This document shows, piece by piece, positions 38,720-46,903 of a stretch of 64,000 nucleotides of DNA. The notes beneath the pieces were generated by a model. That model worked only from the letters and a program-made list of their open reading frames with translations, was not told the DNA's origin and did no database searches. Made by a program: the position numbers and the translations under genes. Position 1 is the first letter of the stretch. Every line of letters begins with the position of its first letter. This stretch comes from Eubacteriales bacterium (GTDB lineage: Bacteria > Bacillota > Clostridia > Oscillospirales > CAG-272), in the NCBI GenBank assembly GCA_045612715.1, contig JAZKZP010000011.1, positions 2,745-66,744 of the forward strand. The letters are read 5' to 3'.

Positions 38720-39769
38720 TTAATAAAGTGATACGTCGGATGCCTTGCGGGCAATGGAGTTAGCTCCGATAACGAGAAGCATGCCAACCACGTTGTTAAT
38801 CATTTCAGCTGCAGAAGCAAGTCCAATCTGACCCGAAGAGCCAAGACCTAATTCTTTTGCAAATGTTGAAACAACGTCCGCTGTTACATAAGTATTCTTA
38901 TTATAAAGAAGAAGCACCTTTTCATAACCAACGTTAAGAAGAGAACCAATTCTTGTTATAAGCATAATTACAACTGTTGAAAGAATACTAGGAAGAACTA
39001 CGTAACGCATTTGCGCCCATTTGTTAGCTCCGTCGATTTGCGCAGCCTCATAGCTTGTTGGAGAAATTGCAATAATTGCAGCAAAGAACACTATGCTATC
39101 ATAACCTGCAGTTTCCCAAATTCCACTTATCTGATAAATAGCACGGAAATATTCCGGTCTATTTAAAAGACCTAAATCACCGATTTCAGGAGTAATTGCT
39201 CCAACTGAAACAAGGAATCTTGAAATTACACCCATTTCGATACCTGCAATGGGAGATGCTGCTCTAACAAGCATTGTTATAAGAGAAGTCATAACAACAG
39301 TTGACATAAACTTAGGCAAATATGTAAGCACCTGATATATGCTACGTGCAAGATTAGATTTGATTTCATTGAAGAAGAGTGCAATTATGATGGGCATTGG
39401 AAAACCGAAGCATAATCCGTAAAAGCTTAACAAAAATGTATTTCTAAAAGCTCTCCAGAAATCAGGATAATCTACAAAAAGCTTTCTAAAGTAAGAAAAG
39501 CCGGAGTAGAACTGATCTGCCACTTCTCTAACAGCATCATAAATCTTGAATGAGCCTAAAAGCTCATACATTGGCATATATCTCCAAAAGAAGAAGACAA
39601 GTATCATAGGAAGAAGCATAAGATAGAGACGCCAATCTTTGAGAATTGTTAAGCCGACGTGCTTCCAATGATGCTTTTCTACATCATCGCGAACAATCTG
39701 TTCGGGATCCTCTCTGTACTTTTTAGTTTTTTCATCATAAATAAGATAATCAGCAGCTTTTGATTTCAT
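38720..39769 (-). CDS. Carbohydrate ABC permease (LplB/YteP-like)
   Basis: RNTFLLS, ALFFNEI, YLPKFMS, YEAAQIDGANKW. Confidence 0.94.
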   Translation of the reverse strand: MKSKAADYLIYDEKTKKYREDPEQIVRDDVEKHHWKHVGLTILKDWRLYLMLLPMILVFFFWRYMPMYELLGSFKIYDAVREVADQFYSGFSYFRKLFVDYPDFWRAFRNTFLLSFYGLCFGFPMPIIIALFFNEIKSNLARSIYQVLTYLPKFMSTVVMTSLITMLVRAASPIAGIEMGVISRFLVSVGAITPEIGDLGLLNRPEYFRAIYQISGIWETAGYDSIVFFAAIIAISPTSYEAAQIDGANKWAQMRYVVLPSILSTVVIMLITRIGSLLNVGYEKVLLLYNKNTYVTADVVSTFAKELGLGSSGQIGLASAAEMINNVVGMLLVIGANSIARKASDVSLY

Positions 39770-39836
39770 AAGAATCTCCATTCAGTTAATTATAATAATG
39801 TGGGATGCTATAAAAAGGATAATTCAAATTAGCATT

Positions 39837-40406
39837 TTACTCTTCTAATCTTTCTTTTTCTAAACGCATAAGATAAGATTTTTGGTCTTCGATTAGTCCG
39901 TCAATGTTTTTTGCAATAACCATTACGAGAATTGCAAATAAAAGTGAAAGAACATCGGTACCTAAAAAAGCAAGGAGCGTGTTGAATTTAAATTCAAAAA
40001 TAAGTGAAAAACACCATCTTCCTAATACAATTGATAAGTAGGCAGAAGAAACGAAAATTAATTTAATAACGAAATCATTTCGTATTTTATCTTTGGTAAA
40101 TTTTTTCACAAGTGGCAAAATCAAGACTACAAATAAGCTTCCGCCACAATAAATCATATATTGAGCTAAAGAACCTCGAATTACAGTGCAGTAAACGAAA
40201 GCACCTATAAAAGAGGGAAGTATTGCAAATAGATTCCATCTCATAAATGTAATGCAGACAATCGCTAAAGTTATAGAAACCGTCATAGCTTGAAGACTGA
40301 ACCATGTGCTGGATGCCATTGTGGCAACAGCTTCAAAGACGGCAGTTAGAACACATAAAATTGCAAGATCTATTTGACGATATTGTTTGAATGTAATTTG
40401 TTTCAT
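39837..40406 (-). CDS. Uncharacterised ~6-TM membrane protein heading the ABC operon
   Basis: 189 aa, mostly hydrophobic, charged C-tail; no clear RBS. Confidence 0.75.
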   Translation of the reverse strand: MKQITFKQYRQIDLAILCVLTAVFEAVATMASSTWFSLQAMTVSITLAIVCITFMRWNLFAILPSFIGAFVYCTVIRGSLAQYMIYCGGSLFVVLILPLVKKFTKDKIRNDFVIKLIFVSSAYLSIVLGRWCFSLIFEFKFNTLLAFLGTDVLSLLFAILVMVIAKNIDGLIEDQKSYLMRLEKERLEE

Positions 40407-40510
40407 TTAAAAGATACCATTGGCAGTGAATTAAATAGCAAGAAATAAGAATTTTTATGAACAATAACCCACTATTCAAAGTAATTTTATTACAAACAAC
40501 TATAACTGTC

Positions 40511-40558
40511 CTTGATTTTTTTGATAGGAAATTCAACTTGCCTTGATTTTTTTGACAT
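40511..40558 (+). promoter_or_regulatory. Tandem candidate operators CTTGATTTTTTTGATA / CTTGATTTTTTTGACA, 31 bp apart
   Basis: Direct repeats starting at 40511 and 40542, upstream of the ABC operon. Confidence 0.6.
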
Positions 40559-40820
40559 CTAATAAAAAAAGTGCTTATTGATATAAAAAATGTCATTGCA
40601 AATTTGTGCATAATGACGAAATTGTTCTAAAAAAACAATCAAATTAATTCAAAGAATCTTAAAAAATATGCAATCATAAATTCAATTTTGTTTTATTGAA
40701 GACAAATATTTTGTCAAATCACTTAAACAAACATCAAAAAAGTTAAGAATAAAAGACTTATTTATATAAAATAGCCAATTTAGATGTGTGATATTTGTAG
40801 GAAATGAACGCGGTTAGTAA

Positions 40821-40849
40821 TTGACATATCTTGTTCCAGATGTTATAAT
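40821..40849 (+). promoter_or_regulatory. Consensus sigma-A promoter of the GH5-GH3 operon
   Basis: TTGACA-17-TATAAT with extended -10 TG. Confidence 0.85.
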
Positions 40850-40887
40850 TATAAGTAAGAACTAATTTATGGATTTAGGAGGTTAAT

Positions 40888-42378
40888 ATGAAAAGTATTT
40901 TAATTGGAGTTGCTATATTTTTAGCTGTCGTTTTATTGTTAGCAGGAGGCTTCCTTATTTGGGGACATATTTATGGTCAAAATTACACATTTGATGCACC
41001 TGAGCACATTGAACTTAGATCTAATAGTCACTCAACCATTACTGCAGTAGGCAAAGGACTTTATGATGAAAACGGTGACCGCTTTGATATCAAGGGTATC
41101 AATTTTGGTAACTTATTTATTGCAGAAGGATGGATGACTGTAAACTCTGTAGGGGCACTTAAAAACGATGACGGAAGCTATGTTAAAGTTAGCACCGATG
41201 GAAATGATATTGTCGAAGAGTATGAGGAAATCTACCAAGAAGAAATGGACAAGATACTTTCTCGTTTTACCGATGAAGAGCTCACTACACTTAATGACGC
41301 ATATTTTGAATCATATTGTACCGAGGCCGATTTTGCCTTAATTAAAGAAATGGGACTTAATACAATTCGACTTCCAATGTATTATCGTAACTTCCTCACA
41401 ATTCACGATAGATATAGAGTCAGTGATGAAGAGCTTTGTGCAAGAGAATTTAATACTATCGAACTCAATTTTGAAAAGCTTGATAAATTCCTTTCCTATG
41501 CTAAGCAATATGACCTTAAGATAATTATTGATATGCACGGTGTAATGGGTGGTCAAAGTGGGTATGAACATTGTGGTACACGTGATATAGATTTTTGGGA
41601 TAATGAAGATTATATCACATTTATGTGCAATCTTTGGAAAGCAATAGCTGAGCATTATCTCGATAGTGAATATTCATCAACAATTCTTGCTTATGACCTT
41701 GTAAATGAACCTACAAATAGAAATGAAGCAGGCACTGGTAAAAAGCAGTGGGATGTAATGGATAGACTTTACGATGCAATAAGAGAAGTTGACACAGAAC
41801 ATGTTATCTCTATTGAAGGTGTTTGGTTCCCAATTTCGCTTCCAAATCCCGACAAATACGGATGGGAAAACGTTCTTTATCAGTACCATTGCTATAACTG
41901 GCCTTGGCAGGGTACTTCAAATGAATTATATTATGCATTCGTATTTGGACTTGCATCACTTGCAGATTATGATGTTCCAAAATTTGTTGGAGAATTTACA
42001 TTCTTTGATGATACAAGTGCATGGGTAAAATATCTAAACGCTTACGATCAACACGGATGGGGTTGGACTATCTGGAGCTACAAGATGATATCTGTTGGAT
42101 ATTGGGATAACTCTTGGGGACTCGTAGTTCAAAAGCTTCATCTCTATAACCAAAACGGTGAACTTAATGATAACGATCCATCCAATGACAATCTTAAACT
42201 TGATTTAAGAGATGCAACCTTTGAAGAAATTTTAGCAGCTTGGTCAAACCAAAAGACTTCATATGGCGAACAAGAGGGTGTTTATACTTTTGTTGACAAT
42301 GTTGATAAAGACGGAAATATTAAATACGCAACAACATATAGAGCACTCACTGAATATTTTGCTCAATTTAAGAAATAA
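40888..42378 (+). CDS. GH5 glycoside hydrolase (beta-glucanase-like) with N-terminal membrane anchor/signal
   Basis: GINFGN..EGWM, NTIRLP, IIDMHG, VNEP acid/base, HCY, VGEF nucleophile, WTIWSYK. Confidence 0.9.
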   Translation: MKSILIGVAIFLAVVLLLAGGFLIWGHIYGQNYTFDAPEHIELRSNSHSTITAVGKGLYDENGDRFDIKGINFGNLFIAEGWMTVNSVGALKNDDGSYVKVSTDGNDIVEEYEEIYQEEMDKILSRFTDEELTTLNDAYFESYCTEADFALIKEMGLNTIRLPMYYRNFLTIHDRYRVSDEELCAREFNTIELNFEKLDKFLSYAKQYDLKIIIDMHGVMGGQSGYEHCGTRDIDFWDNEDYITFMCNLWKAIAEHYLDSEYSSTILAYDLVNEPTNRNEAGTGKKQWDVMDRLYDAIREVDTEHVISIEGVWFPISLPNPDKYGWENVLYQYHCYNWPWQGTSNELYYAFVFGLASLADYDVPKFVGEFTFFDDTSAWVKYLNAYDQHGWGWTIWSYKMISVGYWDNSWGLVVQKLHLYNQNGELNDNDPSNDNLKLDLRDATFEEILAAWSNQKTSYGEQEGVYTFVDNVDKDGNIKYATTYRALTEYFAQFKK

Positions 42379-42389
42379 GGAAGTAAATT

Positions 42390-44819
42390 ATGTTTAATGT
42401 TAATGAAATTATGAAAAGATTGACACTGGAAGAAAAGGCTTGTCTTCTTTCAGGACATAAATCTTGGCACACAAATAAAGTAACTCGAGTTGGATTACCC
42501 TCTATCTTTTTAACTGATGGTCCTCACGGACTTAGAAAGAAAAAAGAGGGAGATAAGGTTGCAGGCCTTGGACAAACCGAGCTTTCCACTTGTTTTCCGG
42601 CTGCTTGTACCACAGGTAGCTCTTGGAACAAAGAATTGCTTTATAAAATGGGTACCGCAATGGGAGAAGAGTGCCGTTATTATAACGTAAATCTCATACT
42701 TGGTCCTGCTGTTAACATAAAAAGAAATCCCCTTTGTGGAAGAAACTTTGAATATTTCAGCGAAGATCCCCTCATCGCAGGTAAACTTGGCGCCCGTCTT
42801 ACACGTGGTATTGAAGATATGGGTGTTGGAACAAGTGTAAAGCACTATGCTTGCAACAATAACGAAAAAAATCGTTATTTTGGTGACTCAATTGTTGATG
42901 ATAGAGCATATCGTGAAATTTATCTTAAAGCATTTGAACCAATTATTAAAGAGGGAAAACCTCAGACAGTGATGTGCGCTTACAATAAAGTAAATGGCGT
43001 ATATGCAAGTGAAAATCCTCAACTTCTTAATGGAGTGCTCCGCGATGATTGGGGATTTGAAGGGCTTGTTATGTCCGACTGGGGCGCAGTAAATGATAGA
43101 GTTAATGGCTTAAAAGCAGGACTTGATCTTGAAATGCCCGGTGATATTGGACATAACCGTCAAGTTATTATTGATGCGGTTAATGATGGAAGCTTACCCA
43201 TAGAAGTTGTAAATAAATCTGTAAGACGAGTATTAAATATGATTTATAATACTTCACTTGCTACCGAAAAGATTCCTGCAAAATTTGATGAACACGCAAG
43301 CCTTGCTAAGGAGCTTGCCATTGATAGTGCAGTTCTTTTGAAGAATAACAATAACATTTTGCCTCTTTCTGAAGATAAAAAATATCTTATTATTGGTGAA
43401 ATGTTTGAGAAAATGCGCTATCAAGGAGCTGGCTCATCACTCCTTCGCCCATATAAACTCACCACACCAAAAGATGCATTCGATGAGCATAATATAATCT
43501 TTGATTATGAAAAAGGATATAAGATCAATTCCTTTGACGATGATTATTCACTTATAGAAAGTGCAATGTTGAAAGCAGAAAAATGCGATACGATTATTTT
43601 CTTTGGCGGATTATCAGAGTATGCCGAAAGTGAAGGATTTGATAGAGAATCTCTCTTACTTCCACAAAATCAGTTAAATCTTATTAATAAATTATCCAAA
43701 TTTAATAAGAAAATTGTTTTTGTTATGTACGGTGGTAGCCCAATAGAAATGTCATTTGATGCTTCAGTTGATGCAATACTAAATATGTATCTTCCAGGTG
43801 AAGAGGGTGGAGAAGCAACATACGAACTTCTTTTTGGCAAATCCAATCCATCCGGTCGTCTTTGCGAAACTTGGCCATTGAGATACGAGGATGTACCTTT
43901 CTATAATGAATTTACCGCTACAACTAATGATCGATATAAAGAAAGTATTTTTGTTGGTTATAGATATTATTCTACCTTTGGTGTACCTGTGAAATATCCA
44001 TTTGGATACGGTCTTTCATATACAGATTTCTCATACAGCAATATGAGAGTTGATAAGGGAGATAAAATCTATAAGGTGTATGTTGACGTTAAAAATATAG
44101 GTTCTAGAGCTGGTTCTACTGTTCTTGAACTTTTCGTTGAAGCTCCAAAGACAAATGTTGTCAAGCCATTGCGTGAACTTCGTGGATTTGAAAAGATTCA
44201 TCTTGAAGCTGGAGAAACTAAAACAGCCTGTATAGAAATCCCTGTTGAAAGTTTGAAATACTATATTAACGGCAAGTGGTCACTTGAAAATGGTACATAC
44301 ATCTTCCACCTTTGTTCTGATGTAAATACGGTTCTTTTATCTTCAAGAATAGCAGTAGAAGACGGTGAAGCAATTCAAGAAAATAATATTTATTCAAGAC
44401 TTTATAATGTTACAAAAGAAAAATTCTTGAGTATGACTGATCTTCATTTTGATAAACTTATTGGCAGAAGAATTGAAGCGCCCGTTGTAAAGAGACCATA
44501 TGACCTCAATACACCCATAAGAGAATACAAAACCTTCGGTGGCAAGTTTATATATGGAGCAATAATGTTTGCTTTCAAGTGTATTTATAACCTTGAATTA
44601 AAATCTAAGGATTCTCCTGATAAAGAAACAAAGGTTAAAAATGCTTACTTTGGTTGGCAGATAATGAAGACAATGAGCTTGCGTTCAATGTCCTATGCAA
44701 GTGAGGGAATGCTTTCTCACACTATGGCGTGGGCACTTGTAGATATTGCAAACAATAGACCTATCAAAGCTATTGTTAGATTGATCAAGGGCGAAAAATG
44801 TGTTAAACTTCCCGAATAA
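42390..44819 (+). CDS. GH3 beta-glucosidase
   Basis: DGPHGLR, RNFEYFSEDP, KHYACNN, MSDWG, FVGYRYY, PFGYGLSYT, Fn3-like domain. Confidence 0.95.
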   Translation: MFNVNEIMKRLTLEEKACLLSGHKSWHTNKVTRVGLPSIFLTDGPHGLRKKKEGDKVAGLGQTELSTCFPAACTTGSSWNKELLYKMGTAMGEECRYYNVNLILGPAVNIKRNPLCGRNFEYFSEDPLIAGKLGARLTRGIEDMGVGTSVKHYACNNNEKNRYFGDSIVDDRAYREIYLKAFEPIIKEGKPQTVMCAYNKVNGVYASENPQLLNGVLRDDWGFEGLVMSDWGAVNDRVNGLKAGLDLEMPGDIGHNRQVIIDAVNDGSLPIEVVNKSVRRVLNMIYNTSLATEKIPAKFDEHASLAKELAIDSAVLLKNNNNILPLSEDKKYLIIGEMFEKMRYQGAGSSLLRPYKLTTPKDAFDEHNIIFDYEKGYKINSFDDDYSLIESAMLKAEKCDTIIFFGGLSEYAESEGFDRESLLLPQNQLNLINKLSKFNKKIVFVMYGGSPIEMSFDASVDAILNMYLPGEEGGEATYELLFGKSNPSGRLCETWPLRYEDVPFYNEFTATTNDRYKESIFVGYRYYSTFGVPVKYPFGYGLSYTDFSYSNMRVDKGDKIYKVYVDVKNIGSRAGSTVLELFVEAPKTNVVKPLRELRGFEKIHLEAGETKTACIEIPVESLKYYINGKWSLENGTYIFHLCSDVNTVLLSSRIAVEDGEAIQENNIYSRLYNVTKEKFLSMTDLHFDKLIGRRIEAPVVKRPYDLNTPIREYKTFGGKFIYGAIMFAFKCIYNLELKSKDSPDKETKVKNAYFGWQIMKTMSLRSMSYASEGMLSHTMAWALVDIANNRPIKAIVRLIKGEKCVKLPE

Positions 44820-44822
44820 TTT

Positions 44823-44855
44823 AAAAATCCCTGCAATTTTTGCAGGGATTTTTTT
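44823..44855 (+). terminator. Intrinsic terminator
   Basis: AAAAATCCCTGCAA-ttt-TTGCAGGGATTTTTTT. Confidence 0.88.
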
Positions 44856-44865
44856 CATTTTACTA

Positions 44866-44894
44866 TTGCAAAAATGCTCATAATGTGCTATTAT
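44866..44894 (+). promoter_or_regulatory. Sigma-A promoter upstream of riboswitch
   Basis: TTGCAA-17-TATTAT with TG extension. Confidence 0.65.
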
Positions 44895-44914
44895 GTATTA
44901 ACAAAAGAATAAAC

Positions 44915-45095
44915 ACAGTTCATTTAGTCGGGTGTGCTGCATGACGGCAACATTCGGGGATAAGGAAATTGCGGTGAGAATCCGCAGCAACAGCCATTAC
45001 CGTATCTTATCATTTGATAACAAGTCGGAATGCTTATCGTTCTGTGACACGTAAAAGGACTTTCGGGCAAATAGGAAAGACGGTGTAAATGAAGC
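44915..45095 (+). ncRNA. Cobalamin (B12) riboswitch
   Basis: Core AAGGAAA-TTGCGGTGAGAATCCGCAG-CAACAGCCATTACCGTA...AAGTCGGAA; GATAAG/CTTATC and TTCATTTA/TAAATGAA closing stems; followed by a terminator and B12-uptake-type genes. Confidence 0.8.
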
Positions 45096-45118
45096 ACAGA
45101 GCAGGGTGCTTCTGTTTC

Positions 45119-45152
45119 GCGCGCTTTTCTATGGAGAGGGCGCTTTTATTTT
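45119..45152 (+). terminator. Riboswitch expression-platform terminator
   Basis: GCGCTTTTCT-atg-GAGAGGGCGC then TTTTATTTT, upstream of the RBS. Confidence 0.7.
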
Positions 45153-45184
45153 ATCCTTTTGAAAAAGAAAGGAAAAACAAAAAA

Positions 45185-45649
45185 ATGAAAAACAAAATCA
45201 TTACAAAATTATCACTAGTTCTCATCATCATTATGATGATATCACTCTGTTCTTGCAATATGTTTAATCAAACAACTACAACAACATTTGTACCTGAAGA
45301 AGAAGGTCAAGTTCCTGATTTTTGGAAGAATGCTACTTATACCAAAGACACCGAGATAGGCGAAGGCTCTAAAACATTTATGTTTAAAGTGGATGCCGAA
45401 GGATATTCCATCACCTTTACAGTTCATACCGATGCAGAAACTGTAGGAGATGCACTTCTTGCTCTCAACCTTATTACAGGTGAGGATAGCCAATATGGAC
45501 TTTACGTTAAGACTGTAAACGGAATGCTTGCGGACTGGGACGTTGACCAGACATATTGGGCATTCTATGAGAACGGTGGATATGCAAACGGTGTTGACGC
45601 AACCAACGTAACAAATGGCTATACATATTCATTTGTACGCACTAAATAA
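45185..45649 (+). CDS. DUF4430-like (transcobalamin C-terminal-like) lipoprotein, probable cobalamin-binding protein
   Basis: Lipobox LCSC; YGLYVKTVNG, YWAFYENG..A.GVD; downstream of the B12 riboswitch. Confidence 0.8.
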   Translation: MKNKIITKLSLVLIIIMMISLCSCNMFNQTTTTTFVPEEEGQVPDFWKNATYTKDTEIGEGSKTFMFKVDAEGYSITFTVHTDAETVGDALLALNLITGEDSQYGLYVKTVNGMLADWDVDQTYWAFYENGGYANGVDATNVTNGYTYSFVRTK

Positions 45650-45651
45650 TT

Positions 45652-46179
45652 ATGATTAAGCAAAATAAAAAGCACTTGTCGATTCAGGAAATATGTCTTT
45701 TTGCAATACTCAGCGCTTTAATGTTTGTTTCGAAAATAGTAATGGAAGCTCTCCCAAACATTCACCTGCTCGGAATGCTGACTATGACCTATACCATTGT
45801 ATTTCGCAAAAAGGCGCTGATACCAATATACGTTTACGTGCTTTTGAACGGACTTTATGCAGGTTTTAATGCGTGGTGGATACCATACCTCTATATTTGG
45901 ACAATATTGTGGGGAGTAACGATGCTTCTGCCAAAGAATATGCCAAAGGCGATTGCAGTGGTGGCTTATCCAATCCTTTGTGCTTTACACGGACTTTTCT
46001 TCGGAGTATTGTACGCGCCTGTGCAAGCGCTGATGTTTAATTTCACATTTGAACAAACAATGGCTTGGATTGTGGCAGGATTTACCTTTGATATAATTCA
46101 CACAATAGGCAATTTTGCTGTTGGACTCTTGATTTTTCCCGTAAGCGAAGTGTTAAAAAGACTTGTAAAAAATATATAA
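45652..46179 (+). CDS. ECF transporter S component, probable cobalamin (CbrT-like)
   Basis: 175 aa, about 6 TM, LPNIH motif, FDIIH..GNF; riboswitch context. Confidence 0.75.
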   Translation: MIKQNKKHLSIQEICLFAILSALMFVSKIVMEALPNIHLLGMLTMTYTIVFRKKALIPIYVYVLLNGLYAGFNAWWIPYLYIWTILWGVTMLLPKNMPKAIAVVAYPILCALHGLFFGVLYAPVQALMFNFTFEQTMAWIVAGFTFDIIHTIGNFAVGLLIFPVSEVLKRLVKNI

Positions 46180-46188
46180 GGAGAGGTT

Positions 46189-46866
46189 ATGGATATTACT
46201 CAAAAGCTTTTTGATATGCAGGATATAAAATATCGTGATTTTTCATCAAAGTTGATACCAAACATTTCTCCCGACAGTATGATTGGCGTAAGATTGCCCA
46301 ATGTCAAAAACCTTGCCAAAGAGCTTATCAAAAGTGGAAAATATGTTAATTTTATTAATGTGCTTCCGCACACATATTTTGAGGAATATCATCTGCACTC
46401 CTACATTATCTCGGAAATCAAGGATTTTTACGTTTTTATAGAAGAAGTTGAAAAGCTTTTACCATATATTGATAACTGGTCGGTGTGTGATTCTCTCCGT
46501 CCCAAATGCTTTGCTAAAAACAAAGAAAATGCACTTGTATTTATCAAAAAATGGCTAAAAAGTCAAGAAATTTATACACAACGTTTTGCAATAGAAATGC
46601 TAATGGTGCATTTTCTTGATAAGGATTTTTCTACGGAATATCTCGACCTTGTTGCAAATATTGAGGGTGAAGATTATTATCTTAAAATGATGGTCGCATG
46701 GTATTTTGCCACAGCCCTTGCAAAGCAGTACGATGCCACACTACCATATATCGAAAATCGAATTATAAAAGATAAATGGACACATAATAAAGCAATTCAA
46801 AAAGCGTGTGAAAGTTATCGTGTGGGATATGACAAAAAAGTATATCTCAAATGCTTAAAATACTAA
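46189..46866 (+). CDS. DNA alkylation repair protein (AlkD-like)
   Basis: GVRLP, IDNWSVCD, YYLKMMVAWYFATAL, HNKAIQKACES.R. Confidence 0.88.
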   Translation: MDITQKLFDMQDIKYRDFSSKLIPNISPDSMIGVRLPNVKNLAKELIKSGKYVNFINVLPHTYFEEYHLHSYIISEIKDFYVFIEEVEKLLPYIDNWSVCDSLRPKCFAKNKENALVFIKKWLKSQEIYTQRFAIEMLMVHFLDKDFSTEYLDLVANIEGEDYYLKMMVAWYFATALAKQYDATLPYIENRIIKDKWTHNKAIQKACESYRVGYDKKVYLKCLKY

Positions 46867-46870
46867 AAAT

Positions 46871-46900
46871 AAACGGTCTGCGAAAAATCGCAGACCGTTT
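46871..46900. terminator. Bidirectional terminator
   Basis: AAACGGTCTGCGA-aaaa-TCGCAGACCGTTT. Confidence 0.85.
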
Positions 46901-46903
46901 TAG

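Noticed and set aside
40333-40611. 92-aa minus-strand ORF upstream of the ABC operon as a leader peptide
   Set aside because: No RBS, overlaps the next gene out of frame and crosses the candidate operator repeats; likely spurious.
40605-40621. Rex operator-like TTGTGCATAATGACGAA (also TTGTGAATTTTTGAAAT near 21226)
   Set aside because: Only one half-site matches the Rex palindrome; expected by chance in AT-rich DNA.
45089-45184. N-terminal extension (MKHRAGCF...) of the DUF4430-like ORF, and similar extensions on lon, kduI, PL9, araC, uxaB, SBP and the Kir-like gene
   Set aside because: The extensions run through terminator or promoter DNA; downstream ATGs have good RBSs and give proper N-termini.
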